In this document: piece by piece, positions 30,464-42,400 of the stretch
How positions within the stretch are numbered: the first letter of the stretch is position 1
Layout of the letters: every line of letters begins with the position of its first letter
Virus record (IMG/VR): IMGVR_UViG_3300035498_000371
Span: 128,001 to 192,000 of that record
DNA length: 64,000 bases
Direction: 5' to 3' (one strand)
Source of the DNA: a virus
Taxonomy: Duplodnaviria; Caudoviricetes
Position numbers and translations under genes: made by a program
The notes under the pieces: model-generated
Told to the model about the DNA's origin: nothing
The model's database searches: none
What the model saw: the letters and a program-made list of their open reading frames with translations, nothing else

Positions 30464-31579
30464 ATGAGTTCAAATAACCAATATGTTTCTGGTGTATTTA
30501 CTGGAAACGTTGTAGAGCAGGCTAACACTTTAAAGAGTTTTGATCCTTCAACCATATATAGATCTAAGCAGTTCAATGAAGCTATGGAATATTTCGATAA
30601 GACTGATGATCTTACAAGGAATATTCTATTATCTGTAAATGAAGCAGATCAAAATGCTGTAATGACTTCTCTGTCTAATAAACTCTATCAGCATATCGTT
30701 GATAAAGTTGATGATATCGATTTTGGTACAATTCCTTTATCGAAGGGAGATATTACTCAGATTGATAATTATGACAAGCTGGTTGATTGTATCGATATTA
30801 TCACAAAGATATTGGTAAGTTATCATCAGCCTACAGAACCAACCATTGGCGTTGTAAGTATGGCTTTACAGAATATGATCGATAGAACCGACATGTTCAC
30901 TAAGGCTTATAAGCTTAACGTTGAGATGCCTATAATCATTTATAATACTATTGCTTTATCTATCGTAAGCTCTGTATCATTTATGATTTCTTCATGCATC
31001 GAATTCATTAAGCTCCCAGATGATGAAGGGTTCTCTTTAGCAGTCGATAAAGCTGCTTTGAATAAATCTAAAGACAATCTCTTATTTACAGATCTTGCTA
31101 AATTCAACAAGATGTGTGGAAGCGGTGAACTTGATAAGGCTATGGATTTCATCTTTACAAACAATGCTAAAGGCTTAACAGGAAGTGGAGCTGTTTTGGC
31201 GTTCAACGCTAGCTCTGTTGCAGTATCATTAGGATTAGTTCTTTTGATTATTCCTGTAATAAGAGAGTTAATCTTCTTCTTCTATTACAGTCGTACTAGA
31301 GTAGCAGATTACTTTGATGCTCAGGCTTCATTGCTACAGATGAATGCTTATAATGTAGAGAATAATCTCTCTAGAGAACCAAAGACAAGAAAAGAGATTG
31401 CTGCAAAGCAACGTAAAGTGGCAGACTTCTTTAAGAAGATTGCTAATACTATCAAAATCCAGAATAAGTCTGGTGAGAGAGACGCACAGAAAGAGATTAA
31501 AGAGTTGAATACTAAAAAATATAAGCATAATGAAGTGCTTGATTCTATCCCAGATTCATCTAACTCTGTTCTTTTTTAG
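30464..31579 (+). CDS. Putative virion protein with a hydrophobic segment
   Basis: ORF with SD; AVSLGLVLLIIPVIRELIFFFYY is membrane-like. Confidence 0.6.
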   Translation: MSSNNQYVSGVFTGNVVEQANTLKSFDPSTIYRSKQFNEAMEYFDKTDDLTRNILLSVNEADQNAVMTSLSNKLYQHIVDKVDDIDFGTIPLSKGDITQIDNYDKLVDCIDIITKILVSYHQPTEPTIGVVSMALQNMIDRTDMFTKAYKLNVEMPIIIYNTIALSIVSSVSFMISSCIEFIKLPDDEGFSLAVDKAALNKSKDNLLFTDLAKFNKMCGSGELDKAMDFIFTNNAKGLTGSGAVLAFNASSVAVSLGLVLLIIPVIRELIFFFYYSRTRVADYFDAQASLLQMNAYNVENNLSREPKTRKEIAAKQRKVADFFKKIANTIKIQNKSGERDAQKEIKELNTKKYKHNEVLDSIPDSSNSVLF

Positions 31580-31685
31580 TTAAATCCTATAACATATAAA
31601 TAATTTATAGGAATCTTCAGCCTTTTCCTATATAATTTAAACTTCGTAAAAGAAAATATATAAAAGATAAAGGAGGTTTATTGCT

Positions 31686-32882
31686 ATGATTTTTAGTAAT
31701 AACAGTACTGCTCTGGGTGCTGGAAGCATTCCTATGGCAGAAGGTTACGATTGTTCTTTCGGACCTGCACTTGCCCTCGTTGAAGGAGCAAGAAATGATT
31801 ATGCAATGTTCCGCGCAATGCTTAATGTAGAGTCCCGTGAGTTGCAGATTAGAAATGAATCTGCTGGTTATGTTACTGAGGGTGAGATTGCTGCTCTTCA
31901 GGAAGCTACAGGATCTGGCATCTGGACTAAGATCAAAGAGCTTTTCAGCAAACTGGTTGCCAAGATTAAGGCAATCTTCCATAACTTTATGGCTAAGCTT
32001 AATTCTCTGACTAAGTCTGATAAAGAGATGGTTAAGAAATATGAGAAAGAGATTCTTCGCAAGACAAATATCGGCAACCTTGAAGTTAAATGGCGCAAGG
32101 TAAAAACAAGCCCTATTGAATATATCTCAACAGATGAAGTTAAAGGATTTGAGTCTCTGGAGAAAGAGGCAGCAAATTGGAAAGAGGAAGCTGACGAGAG
32201 GTTTAAGTTCTACGCTGGCGTAGAGCCTTCAGAGTTCGAGCAGGAGAATATGGATACGTATTTCGATGATGAGGAAACTCTCCAGGTTAAAGAGATCAAC
32301 GGCGGCATCCGTGGTATCTGCAGCTACTTATCAGCATTCGATAAGAAGATGTCTAACGTTACAAAATTCGTAAACAAGATCACTTCTAAGCTTACAAAGC
32401 TGGTTAACGAGGCCAACAAAGCAGCTGACCAGAAAGCTAAGGATAAAGCAAGCGATGATGAGATCAAGACAGCTAACCATGTTTATGATATGGCTGTTGC
32501 TTATCAGGACGTTACGCTTAAAGATTGCAGCGTAACAATGGATGCTATTAAGATCGAGTACAAGCAGAACAAAGCTGCTTTCATGAAAGCTATTGCAGCT
32601 AATGACAAGAAGCTTGAGGAGTCTGCAGTTCTTCTGAATGCTATTGCTGAGGAAGCAGAGCAGGAAGTTGAGGATGTTATTAGTGGTTCTATCAATGACG
32701 TTGATTTAACCAATACAAATAACGCTTCTACTAATGTTCTTGATCCTGGCGTATCTAGCGATCCTGATGAGCTTGTATATGCAGATGATCCGGATTATAC
32801 TGAAGCAGATACTGCAGGCACTGTAGATACCAACGTAAACAGCAGAGAAGAGTCCGCATTCTTCGGCAAGATGCTGTACTAA
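31686..32882 (+). CDS. Probable internal head protein, paralogue family member 1
   Basis: ALQEATGSGIWTKIKELFSKLVAKIKAIFHNFMAKLNSLTKSDKEMVKKYEKEIL, shared with three neighbours; promoter at 31591-31603. Confidence 0.65.
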   Translation: MIFSNNSTALGAGSIPMAEGYDCSFGPALALVEGARNDYAMFRAMLNVESRELQIRNESAGYVTEGEIAALQEATGSGIWTKIKELFSKLVAKIKAIFHNFMAKLNSLTKSDKEMVKKYEKEILRKTNIGNLEVKWRKVKTSPIEYISTDEVKGFESLEKEAANWKEEADERFKFYAGVEPSEFEQENMDTYFDDEETLQVKEINGGIRGICSYLSAFDKKMSNVTKFVNKITSKLTKLVNEANKAADQKAKDKASDDEIKTANHVYDMAVAYQDVTLKDCSVTMDAIKIEYKQNKAAFMKAIAANDKKLEESAVLLNAIAEEAEQEVEDVISGSINDVDLTNTNNASTNVLDPGVSSDPDELVYADDPDYTEADTAGTVDTNVNSREESAFFGKMLY

Positions 32883-32902
32883 TTATAAGGAGGTAAAGAA
32901 CT

Positions 32903-33940
32903 ATGATTTTCGATGCAAACGGAAATGTAGGAGGCAGCTATGGAGCTGTTAATGAAAGCCCATATGAGCTTGGCCTCAGCGGTGCTCTGATGCATGTATA
33001 TGAAACAGAGTGCAATTACAATGCAATGATGAAGGCAGTTGGTCTGTCTGAATTGAAATATTACCAGGAAACCGGCAAAGATCTGTTCTTGAATGAGGCA
33101 GGCGCATTCGGTGGATTCATTGAGAAGGCTAAAGCACTTTTCAAGAAGATCATCGAGAAGATCAAAGCTATCTTCAAGAAGTTCATGGCTAAAGTAAACT
33201 CTTATACGGCATCTGATAAGGATTTCGTTAAGAAGTATGAGAAAGATATTCTTCGTAAAGATATCTCTGATATGGAGTTTACTGGCTATGAAGGATTAAA
33301 GAACGGCTATGTTGATCCGAAGCTAACCTATACCAAGGCAGATGATATTACAAAGAAAACTGTTTCTTTCGATTCTACAGGAGCAACAACGGCTGCTGAT
33401 TCTGATGCTTTGGCTGATCAGATCGAGGCAAACAGAGGTACAATTATCGGCGGTTCTTCTATGACAGAAGCAGAGTTCCGTGATGAGCTTCATGAGAAGT
33501 TGTATGGAGATAAGAGCACATTCGACGTTGATTCCGGTATGGTGCGTACAGCACTTTCTACTATCAAGGATACTTCCAAGACAGTAAAGGATATCGAGAA
33601 AGAGCAGAAAGCTATCGTTACAGCTATTGATAAATATATCAAAGCTCTTGATAAGTGCGCTAATGACTTCAACAAGGAGTTCAACAAAGACGTTAAGTCT
33701 AAGAGTGATGATGAGATTAAGGGTGCTAATAATGGTACTCAGCTCATCAACAATGCGATCGCTGAGCAGAAAGCATTCTCTAACGATATGACTGTTGCTT
33801 TCGGTATGATGTCTCAGGCAGCTAAAGATGCTAACCGTCAGGCTAAGGCTCTTTGCGTTAAGGTTCTTTCTTACAATAAGAAGGAGTCTGCAAGACTGGA
33901 AAGCGGTAGCGATATCTTCAGTAATGTAACATTCGCTTAA
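32903..33940 (+). CDS. Probable internal head protein, paralogue family member 2
   Basis: FLNEAGAFGGFIEKAKALFKKIIEKIKAIFKKFMAKVNSYTASDKDFVKKYEKDIL. Confidence 0.65.
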   Translation: MIFDANGNVGGSYGAVNESPYELGLSGALMHVYETECNYNAMMKAVGLSELKYYQETGKDLFLNEAGAFGGFIEKAKALFKKIIEKIKAIFKKFMAKVNSYTASDKDFVKKYEKDILRKDISDMEFTGYEGLKNGYVDPKLTYTKADDITKKTVSFDSTGATTAADSDALADQIEANRGTIIGGSSMTEAEFRDELHEKLYGDKSTFDVDSGMVRTALSTIKDTSKTVKDIEKEQKAIVTAIDKYIKALDKCANDFNKEFNKDVKSKSDDEIKGANNGTQLINNAIAEQKAFSNDMTVAFGMMSQAAKDANRQAKALCVKVLSYNKKESARLESGSDIFSNVTFA

Positions 33941-33984
33941 TCACAGCAGAGTGTAGGTTGAAATAAAATCATGTATGAAGAAGT

Positions 33985-34019
33985 GTGGAGTGGAGGTTTC
34001 TCCACTCCGCGTTTCTTTT
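33985..34019 (+). terminator. Rho-independent terminator
   Basis: GTGGAGTGGAG-GTTT-CTCCACTCCGC followed by a T-rich tract. Confidence 0.8.
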
Positions 34020-34033
34020 GATTATTATATTTT

Positions 34034-35341
34034 ATGAAAGGGAATGGTATTTATATGATCTTTAATAGTGGAAAATCGTCAGTAAAAGCTTTAAACGAAG
34101 TATATTTCGGAAAGACTAAAGATATACAGAAGATTGAAGATCAATTAGATAAAGTGAGACAGAAATATATGGGTAAGATAAACCCATTTAAAGTAAACTC
34201 AGATCCAGATGTTTTAGAATTAAATAGATTATTTGAGAAACAGTTTGGATTTGGTACTTTCTGTCTTACTATAATCTCAAGCCCTCAGATTAATGCTTTT
34301 ACAATTCCAATAAGTTACAGATTTGATGTAAGCACTGGAGATAAGGGCGGTAAACTGATGGCTGATACATCAACGTTTAAGTTTAATCCTGCGTATGATT
34401 ATGCTTGCACTTTAACAATCTATACAGGATTATTATTCAATCCTAATTTTACTACAGAAGAAATCATGGCTTGTATATTACATGAGATTGGTCATAATTT
34501 TTATTCTACGTTATATCAAAAGAATGGAGTAATGATTAACATCTATAAAGTATTTGCTTTTATAGAGTATTTAATAAATGGTAATATTGTAGGAATGATT
34601 TCTGGTACAAACTGTTTCGTTGATATACAGAATAAGATTAGGAATGCAATCAATACAAATCCTGTAGCAAGTGATATTGCTGGAGTAATGAAATATATTG
34701 GAGGTATTTTCAATATATTTATCTCTGGAGTTGGATTCATCGCTAAATTACTCTCATTCAATCTGCTTTATTATGTATCTCTTTTAGGCGGTAATAAGAA
34801 AATGCTTAATCCAATGACTTATGTTATACTACCATTGAGATATAGAGATGAGAGAACAGCAGATAACTTCCCTACAATGTATGGATATGGATCAGCGTTA
34901 GCTTCATTAACAAGAAAGTTTGATGAGGCTGGTAATAATACTTCTAAAGTTGTTAATGCTTTAGAAACAGTTCCTGTAATATCTACATTGTATAATATGG
35001 TTCCATTGCCATATATGATTCTTGTTACAGCATTAGATGAGCACCCTACAGGAATTAGTCGTGCCCAAGATCAGTTAACAATGCTTAACGTTGAGTTGGC
35101 TAAATCTGATTTAGATCCTAAAATGAAGAAGTGTATTGAGTCTGATATTAAAGCAATCAATATAGAAATGAATAAATCAATAGATTCTACTAAGGGATTA
35201 TCCGATCCAAACTTAGCTAGGCATCTTTATAACAGAACGCTTTATGAGCTTACGGGAAGCGAAGCTATTAAAGATAAACTTCTTGATGATAAAGTCAAAT
35301 ATGAAGAGTATGATAAAACGTTCTATAGAAATCTGAAATGA
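34034..35341 (+). CDS. M48-like zinc metallopeptidase
   Basis: INAF, EIMACILHEIGH (HExxH), ERTAD..., EHPT...R: M48/HtpX-like motifs in the expected order, with hydrophobic segments. Confidence 0.75.
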   Translation: MKGNGIYMIFNSGKSSVKALNEVYFGKTKDIQKIEDQLDKVRQKYMGKINPFKVNSDPDVLELNRLFEKQFGFGTFCLTIISSPQINAFTIPISYRFDVSTGDKGGKLMADTSTFKFNPAYDYACTLTIYTGLLFNPNFTTEEIMACILHEIGHNFYSTLYQKNGVMINIYKVFAFIEYLINGNIVGMISGTNCFVDIQNKIRNAINTNPVASDIAGVMKYIGGIFNIFISGVGFIAKLLSFNLLYYVSLLGGNKKMLNPMTYVILPLRYRDERTADNFPTMYGYGSALASLTRKFDEAGNNTSKVVNALETVPVISTLYNMVPLPYMILVTALDEHPTGISRAQDQLTMLNVELAKSDLDPKMKKCIESDIKAINIEMNKSIDSTKGLSDPNLARHLYNRTLYELTGSEAIKDKLLDDKVKYEEYDKTFYRNLK

Positions 35342-35392
35342 TTTAAATCTTAAGACATGTAAATAAATTATATATGAAGGAGGCATAATAAT

Positions 35393-36532
35393 ATGGATGT
35401 ATGTGGATATACTCCAACAAATACATTAGCAAACGCTACGTTTGATATGCTTAAAATGGATGCTGTAGAAGATCCATTAATCAATGTCAATAAGCTTGCT
35501 ACAATGGATTTTGAGGAGTCATACTTTCTATCAGCTGTAGAATTTGTTAATGAGTGCATGAATGATTATACCACATCCAAGATGGTATTATACAGAAAAA
35601 TATCTGAGAGCACTACTGAAGGAATGGTTCTTGAATCATTCTCTGATTTCTTTACATCTGTAAAGAATATCATTGATAAATTCTTAAAATTTATTAAATC
35701 ATTATTCGAGAGATTCTTAACTACACTGAACAGTCTGGTTAACAGTGATAAGTACCTCAATAAGCATAAGAAAGATCTTGATAATTTCAAGAGTACAGAC
35801 AACTTCACAATGAAGGGATATAAATATACCTTCCAGGATAATATCCCTAGCCCATCTACAGGATTAGAATTCTCTAAAGAATTACTTAGTGGATTATATG
35901 CTAGCTCAGATAAGGGCTATCTTACAGTAGAGGATGTTAAAACCGCTATTGCTAATCTTAATCTTGATGCTGAGTATGATGCTTTCAGAGCTACAGTAAT
36001 CGGTAGAGATGGAGAAACTATTTCTGTAAGTGATTTCTCTGAAGAATTATTCAGAGTATTCAGAAATGATGAGCTTGATACAGAAGATATTGAAGTTGAT
36101 GCTTCTTATGTTCGTCAGGCTAAGGCTCGTTTCTTTGATTATAGCAAGACTAAATCTGCTGTAGAACGTCAGCGTAAAGCAGTAGAGGATAATTATAAAA
36201 AACTAGAGAAACAGGTTAAGGAGATTAGTACCGTTAACGGTAATCTCAATCCTTCAGCATTTATTGAAAGATTGCCTGACTCTACTGGAGCCAATCAGGT
36301 TGATTCTAAATCAATTACAACAAGTGGTTTCTTGAGTGCAGAATTTATGACTCAGGTTGATATTTACGTAAAGAGTAAAGTTGATCAAATTCAGGAATAC
36401 TCTAATATTCATGCTTTAGCATATTCTGCTAAGCTTGATGCAATAAAAGAATCATACAAACAAGATAAAGCAACTCTGTATACTGCATTATCTAAGATTC
36501 AGCGTACAGATAATGCTAGAAAGGAGGCTTAA
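35393..36532 (+). CDS. Probable internal head protein, paralogue family member 3
   Basis: MVLESFSDFFTSVKNIIDKFLKFIKSLFERFLTTLNSLVNSDKYLNKHKKDL; promoter at 35354-35366. Confidence 0.6.
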   Translation: MDVCGYTPTNTLANATFDMLKMDAVEDPLINVNKLATMDFEESYFLSAVEFVNECMNDYTTSKMVLYRKISESTTEGMVLESFSDFFTSVKNIIDKFLKFIKSLFERFLTTLNSLVNSDKYLNKHKKDLDNFKSTDNFTMKGYKYTFQDNIPSPSTGLEFSKELLSGLYASSDKGYLTVEDVKTAIANLNLDAEYDAFRATVIGRDGETISVSDFSEELFRVFRNDELDTEDIEVDASYVRQAKARFFDYSKTKSAVERQRKAVEDNYKKLEKQVKEISTVNGNLNPSAFIERLPDSTGANQVDSKSITTSGFLSAEFMTQVDIYVKSKVDQIQEYSNIHALAYSAKLDAIKESYKQDKATLYTALSKIQRTDNARKEA

Positions 36533-36537
36533 GAATT

Positions 36538-37995
36538 ATGGTTTTTAATAACAATCCAGATACAATTAATAACAATGGTTTACTTGAGTCTCTTGATATG
36601 GGAAACTCAGTGTACTGTGCAGGTAATACTGCTCATAATTATATTTATGAAGGAGCTTATGAAAGTTATATCCAGAATAAGATTAGTAATGAGCAGAGAT
36701 TAGCAGCAATGATAGATTCTAGAATTTCTACTAAAATCGAGTCCGCCATCGTCCTTGAAGCGAAGGCTGGAGATAAGCTAAAATCGAAATGGAATAAATT
36801 AGTAGAGTTCATCAAGGGTATATGTGCTAAGTTCATGGAAACTATGAGCAACGTACTATTGGATCAGAAAGATTACTTAGAGAAATATAAGGATATTATC
36901 CTTAAGAAGAAACCTAAGGAAGATCTTAAATACTCATACACTGGAGATTATGAGTTAGGTATTCAGCGTCTTATTAAGATCGAGTGTCCTATATTCAATT
37001 ACGCTAATCATAGTGCAGAGCTTAAGCAGGAAGGTGATGGAGCTATCACAACAAAGGTAATGAAAGGTGCTGGAGCGTCTGACTTTACATTTGATGATGG
37101 TGAAACACTTGCTGAGCAGCTAAAGGCATACTTTACTGCTAGTGATAAAGGGCAATCTGAAGGTACATTTTCTAACCTTAATATGACTGATATCTATAAC
37201 TTCTGCTATAATTTCGATCAGATTAAGAAGATCGTAGATAAAGATCAGAAACATCTTGAGCAGTCTACTGCCGCTATTGACGCTGCTATCAAAGAAGAGA
37301 TTCGTAAGAGTGGAGAGAATACTAATACGAATCAGACTGATAATGCTCAACAGCAGACTCAGTCTACTGGAGACAGTGGTGGTGAAAAGAAGGGCGAAGA
37401 AGCAACAGGAGAAAGCTATTCATTGCTGCCAAGAAATAGACGTTCGGTATTAGAGGCTGATGATGCTAATAATACCAATGGCGGTGGCAATGATAATAAA
37501 TCTCAGGGTCTTAAGATTACCGATACTGGCACTACAAAGAACAGTAACGCTGTATCTCAGATGAGCTCTTATGGTAATGATGGTAATAAGAAGAATATTA
37601 CTGACGACGAGGCTAAGAAGAATGCTGATGGTGGCGCTGCTGGTGCAATGCAGGACGCTAACGGTGATCAGAGCGAGGCTATTAATTCTGTTACTAAAAT
37701 GACAGATAAATGGATTAAAGTTTGTAGAGCATTAATCACTTCTAAGCTTACAGCATGTGAGCAGATTTCAAGAGATTATATGGAAATTATAAGAGCGCAT
37801 GTACGTTCTTATGGCGGAAAAGATCTTAAGAATAAAGAAACAGATAAAGCTACACAGACTGCAACCAATTATCGTAAACCATCTAATAATGGTGGTAATG
37901 CTGAGAATAATAATCAGAATACCAACACTAATCAGAATACTAATAATAATCAGGACCAGAACACTAGTGCTGGTGGCAAAAAAAGCAGTCAGTAG
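36538..37995 (+). CDS. Probable internal head protein, paralogue family member 4, with N/Q-rich insertions
   Basis: IVLEAKAGDKLKSKWNKLVEFIKGICAKFMETMSNVLLDQKDYLEKYKDIIL; low-complexity NNNQNT tail. Confidence 0.6.
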   Translation: MVFNNNPDTINNNGLLESLDMGNSVYCAGNTAHNYIYEGAYESYIQNKISNEQRLAAMIDSRISTKIESAIVLEAKAGDKLKSKWNKLVEFIKGICAKFMETMSNVLLDQKDYLEKYKDIILKKKPKEDLKYSYTGDYELGIQRLIKIECPIFNYANHSAELKQEGDGAITTKVMKGAGASDFTFDDGETLAEQLKAYFTASDKGQSEGTFSNLNMTDIYNFCYNFDQIKKIVDKDQKHLEQSTAAIDAAIKEEIRKSGENTNTNQTDNAQQQTQSTGDSGGEKKGEEATGESYSLLPRNRRSVLEADDANNTNGGGNDNKSQGLKITDTGTTKNSNAVSQMSSYGNDGNKKNITDDEAKKNADGGAAGAMQDANGDQSEAINSVTKMTDKWIKVCRALITSKLTACEQISRDYMEIIRAHVRSYGGKDLKNKETDKATQTATNYRKPSNNGGNAENNNQNTNTNQNTNNNQDQNTSAGGKKSSQ

Positions 37996-38088
37996 AAAAG
38001 AAAAAATCAACCGGCAACACCGCGATGGACAGATTAGCAAAACAGTATCGTACAAAATAACAATCAGAAAAATAATAGCAATAAGCAT

Positions 38089-38122
38089 CCCCTCTAGGAA
38101 TTATCCTAGAGGGGTATCTTTT
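38089..38122. terminator. Bidirectional terminator between convergent genes
   Basis: CCCCTCTAGGA-ATTA-TCCTAGAGGGG. Confidence 0.8.
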
Positions 38123-39320
38123 ATCCGATTTTTCTTAGGTTAATTCCACTTGTTAGGATGAATGTTTCGTCTTCTCTTGTGTATACTTCACGCTTTCTAT
38201 ATAATAAGTAATCACCATTATGCTCTTTATATCTATCAATATGATTAACAGAAATTCTTTTATTAATACTAAAAATATTAGTATCTAATCCATTCTTGCC
38301 GATATATACGAATATATTATTATTATTATTATCAGCTTCAATATTCTTAAGCATATTAGTATTATCATTATTAAGTCGTGTTGTATTGGTCTTTTCAGTT
38401 AAATAAGAATTCTGATTTGATAATTCTGCTTTACTCATTCCTGAAGAACTTACAGCCTGGATAGATGATTGAGATTTATTAGCGATAGTATTGTCAAATA
38501 CTTGGGCTTCGGAATAACTAATTGGTATCTCATATACAGCACTGGATGGATTATCTATAAATCCAATATCATAAGCATCATTATCCGTAATTTCTTTAAT
38601 ATTAATAACTACAGAACTATATTTATCTGATGCCGATTGTACCGGTTTGCCACTAGAGCTAATTAAGTAAGTGTAATTGAAATCCTGATAGAATCTATAC
38701 GGCGTGTCATATAGAACTCTATAATCGTTAAGCGATTGAAGAGTTTTATTGATAGAATCTTTAACTGGAAGTAAGAATTGAGTAAATTTCTCACTATTAG
38801 GAATTGGTTCCAATATTAATGGATTAAAATCAGACATTATTGTCTTTACAATCTCTGGCATTGTTACGTTCTTAAGATTAAGCTCTACGGAATTTTTATT
38901 GTTGTTTATATGGTCTAAACAAAGAAGGCCTATAGTAATTGATACATAAGTATTTTCTTTATTCTCTTCCTCTGTAGCATCATTATAATCTATTGTATCA
39001 TTCTGATTAACATCATTAGTCATAAAGTATGTAAACTTCTTCCTGAAACAATTAATCTCCTCTTTAGAATCTGTAAGATCATCATATTTATTTAATGCCA
39101 AAGTGAATAAATTATCATTACAGTTCTTTACCATATGATCTGCTAATGATTTATCTATTTTAAGAGTTAAATACAGTTTAGGCATTACAAGATTATCGTA
39201 ATCATAATCTATGATTAACGATTTAATACATTCATTTTTAATCTTGGTTCCAACACCATCTACGATATTGAGGTATATAAGCTCAATTGTGTATCTATAA
39301 TTAATAATTCTAGTAGCCAT
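38121..39320 (-). CDS. Virion structural protein, possibly baseplate hub-like
   Basis: SLIIDYDYDNLVMPKLYLTLKID N-terminus and beta-rich C-terminus (NGDYLLYRKREVY) loosely resemble gp27-type hubs. Promoter CACA-TTCAAG-TAA at 39347-39359 (minus strand). Confidence 0.5.
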   Translation of the reverse strand: MATRIINYRYTIELIYLNIVDGVGTKIKNECIKSLIIDYDYDNLVMPKLYLTLKIDKSLADHMVKNCNDNLFTLALNKYDDLTDSKEEINCFRKKFTYFMTNDVNQNDTIDYNDATEEENKENTYVSITIGLLCLDHINNNKNSVELNLKNVTMPEIVKTIMSDFNPLILEPIPNSEKFTQFLLPVKDSINKTLQSLNDYRVLYDTPYRFYQDFNYTYLISSSGKPVQSASDKYSSVVINIKEITDNDAYDIGFIDNPSSAVYEIPISYSEAQVFDNTIANKSQSSIQAVSSSGMSKAELSNQNSYLTEKTNTTRLNNDNTNMLKNIEADNNNNNIFVYIGKNGLDTNIFSINKRISVNHIDRYKEHNGDYLLYRKREVYTREDETFILTSGINLRKIG

Positions 39321-39424
39321 AATATAACCATTCCTTTCTATTAAATTTACTTGAATGTGGTCAAAATACTTGTTTAACCTTAAAGATGAAACACAATATT
39401 AATATTCGAAAGGAGGCTGATAAT

Positions 39425-42400
39425 ATGCTTTATTTAGAAGACTTGAAGTATATGAAGCTCTACAAAAAGAAGTTTTATGCTCCAATAAATAAGAAGAATA
39501 AGAAGACCGGCTCAGCAATATTATTGCTGACGCCTAATTATGATGCTTCTAAGTTTCTTATGAATAATCCATTCATGATAAACCGTAACGCATTTATATC
39601 ATACTATATTGAAAAGGATATAACGTATACTATAAATCATGAGTCTAAATATCTTGAGATATCTTATCATGATGCTGATACCATAGCACTTAATGAGCAA
39701 GCTGTTTATACAGAATCTACAGATGTTCAAGTTATATCTGAAATGGAAGAAGATTATACTATCAATGAATTGTATTGCAAGCTTGGAGATTCTATGATAT
39801 TCTTCAATGAGTTATATGACGAAACCATTCTTAATGAGAAAGGTGCTTATGCAGAGAAGTACCGTAAGCTGTTATATTACGATCGTATAAGAAATAATCG
39901 TGATGTATTACAGCTCTATAAGAAGATTAAAGAAGATAATCCATGGATAAAGAAAACTTTTATTGATTATAAGAGATATAAGTCTTTCAATCTATTCATA
40001 GATCTTTATTATTACAATCAGATATACCTAGCTAATAACAATTACACTATAATTAAATCAATAGATATGTATTTGGAATTCATTCGTAGATTCCTTACAG
40101 ATAAGAGGATAGATACCGCTGGGTATACGAAGAAGACTATATTCATTCCAGTGAACTTCTGGGGTAAGAAGCCTGGAACTATGGTTTACGATTATAAGAA
40201 TAATTTAAATCCCATATCAATAATCTATAAGAAGCTTAGACTATCTATAGAAGATCTTCATGCTCTTGATGGATTAGAAATGGTATTCTTTGGAAATAAT
40301 GGTTATTTCAAATTCAAGACAGATGATGTAACAAAACAAACTCATACTAAGTTCTTAAGATTCATTAAAGCTCTTGAGGATAATGAGACTATAGATGATT
40401 CAGATGAACCAGATAATTCTCCAGATGGAATTACTACTGAGATTATAGATAAGCTTGACACTAATCGAGGTATTAAAATTCATAATCTTACTGGAAATGC
40501 AGAATCTGAAGAAGAGCAGGAACAACTTAAAGCAGAATTAGTAAAGAGGATAAGCGATGCTTCTAAGACTGCTGCTAACGAAGATGATGTTCTTGATAAT
40601 CTGGAGAATGATGAGTTTGTAAAGAAAGTTATTTCTGACCTTGGAGATGATGCAGAGGATAATATAAAAATATCTGCTGCAAGAGCAACAAGAATTACTA
40701 AAGCTCAAGATAACTTCATGAAGAAGTCTATCAATAATAAATCAGTTAAAGATATGGTTAATGAGTCTAATAAACCAGAAGAATTACCAGAGACTGAATT
40801 ACCGATAGAGACTATAAACGAAGAGTGGAAGCATATGAAAGCTATAAACTTCGAGAAAGAATATGATCTTGACGCTGATATCATCAAGATTCTTAATAGC
40901 CTTAGCGATACCAATAAAGAATATCCAGTATCCATTCTTGATGTAAAGATGGAAGACACGTCTACATCTGAGGATAGTATTTATACTTACACTGTAAAAT
41001 GCGAGGACTATTCTGGTAAAAGATTTACTCTTAAATTTGATATTCCTAAATTTAGGGATAATAGATTTATGAGGCTACGTGGTAATGAGAAGATATTCTC
41101 TATAGAGATGCCTCTTATACCAATATCAAAGACTGATGAAGATACTGTACAGATTGTATCATTCTATAACAAGATCTTTATAGAAAGATATAATACATCT
41201 ACTGGCAAATCTAACCCTGATGCTGCAAGATTTATTAAAGCAATGAATAAATATTCTGGTTCGGATATTAAAGTCAGCGTCGGAGATAATACAAGAATCT
41301 GTAGCAAGTATGAACTACCAATAGATTATGTAGATTTAGCATCAATGTATTCTAAAATTGAATACTCTGCTAAAGGCGGTTTACTCAAAGATAGATTTAC
41401 AATATATTTCAACCAAGATGAATTGAGGAAAGATATTAAGAATCTCAATGAATCTGAAGGTTTGCCAGTTGGTTTGTATAACGATGGTAGAGTAATCTAT
41501 TATGTAGCTAACGAGGATAATACATTTGCTAGCTTCATTAGTGTATTGCTTGGAGATGATTTCTATGAATCATTCAGGTCTCAAGCTAAACCTAAGAAAT
41601 GTACTTACTCAAGAGCAAGTATATTAAATACCAATATCCCTGTAATTACTATACTAGCTCATGACCTTGGCTTAACCAAAGCTATGGATATTGCTGGTAT
41701 AGATTATGATATATCTGAGAAGAGGACGCCTAGAAGTGATGAAGATGATACAATAAAACTCGCTGATGGATTTATCCATTATAAATCAACTTACACTTCT
41801 ATGATGCTTATGAATGGTCTTAAGGATTGTAATATGGAAGACGTTCAAATAACCGAATTAAACTCTAAGATTACTTGGGTTAATATATTGGAGAATTTTG
41901 GTGGTAGAATCAAGTCTGATGGTTTAACAAACTTTAAAGATCTTATGTACGACCCAATTACAGTAGAAGTATCTAGAGATTATAAACTCCCAGATAATTA
42001 CCATGATGCTTTAGTATATGCATCAAATCTCTTAGTGGATAATAAGTTCACAACTCATACTGATATCAGTACTAATAGATATCGTACAAACGAAGTTGTT
42101 GCTGCGCAGTTCTATAGAGTTCTTTCTGATTCATATAAAGAATATGCTCTACAAAATAAGCATGGTCGTAAAGTACCGATGTCTATGAAGCAGTCTGCTG
42201 TAATTGATCTTATTCTTGCACAGAACACTACATCTGATTTATCTGTATTCCAACCATTATTGGAGATTGAAACAAAAAATACGATATCAACCAAGGGTGT
42301 TACTGGAATGAACTCAGAAAGAGCATATAAGATTGATAAGCGTGGTTATGATGATTCGATGGTTAATGTTATAGCTCAGGCTACAGGTTTTGCATCGACC

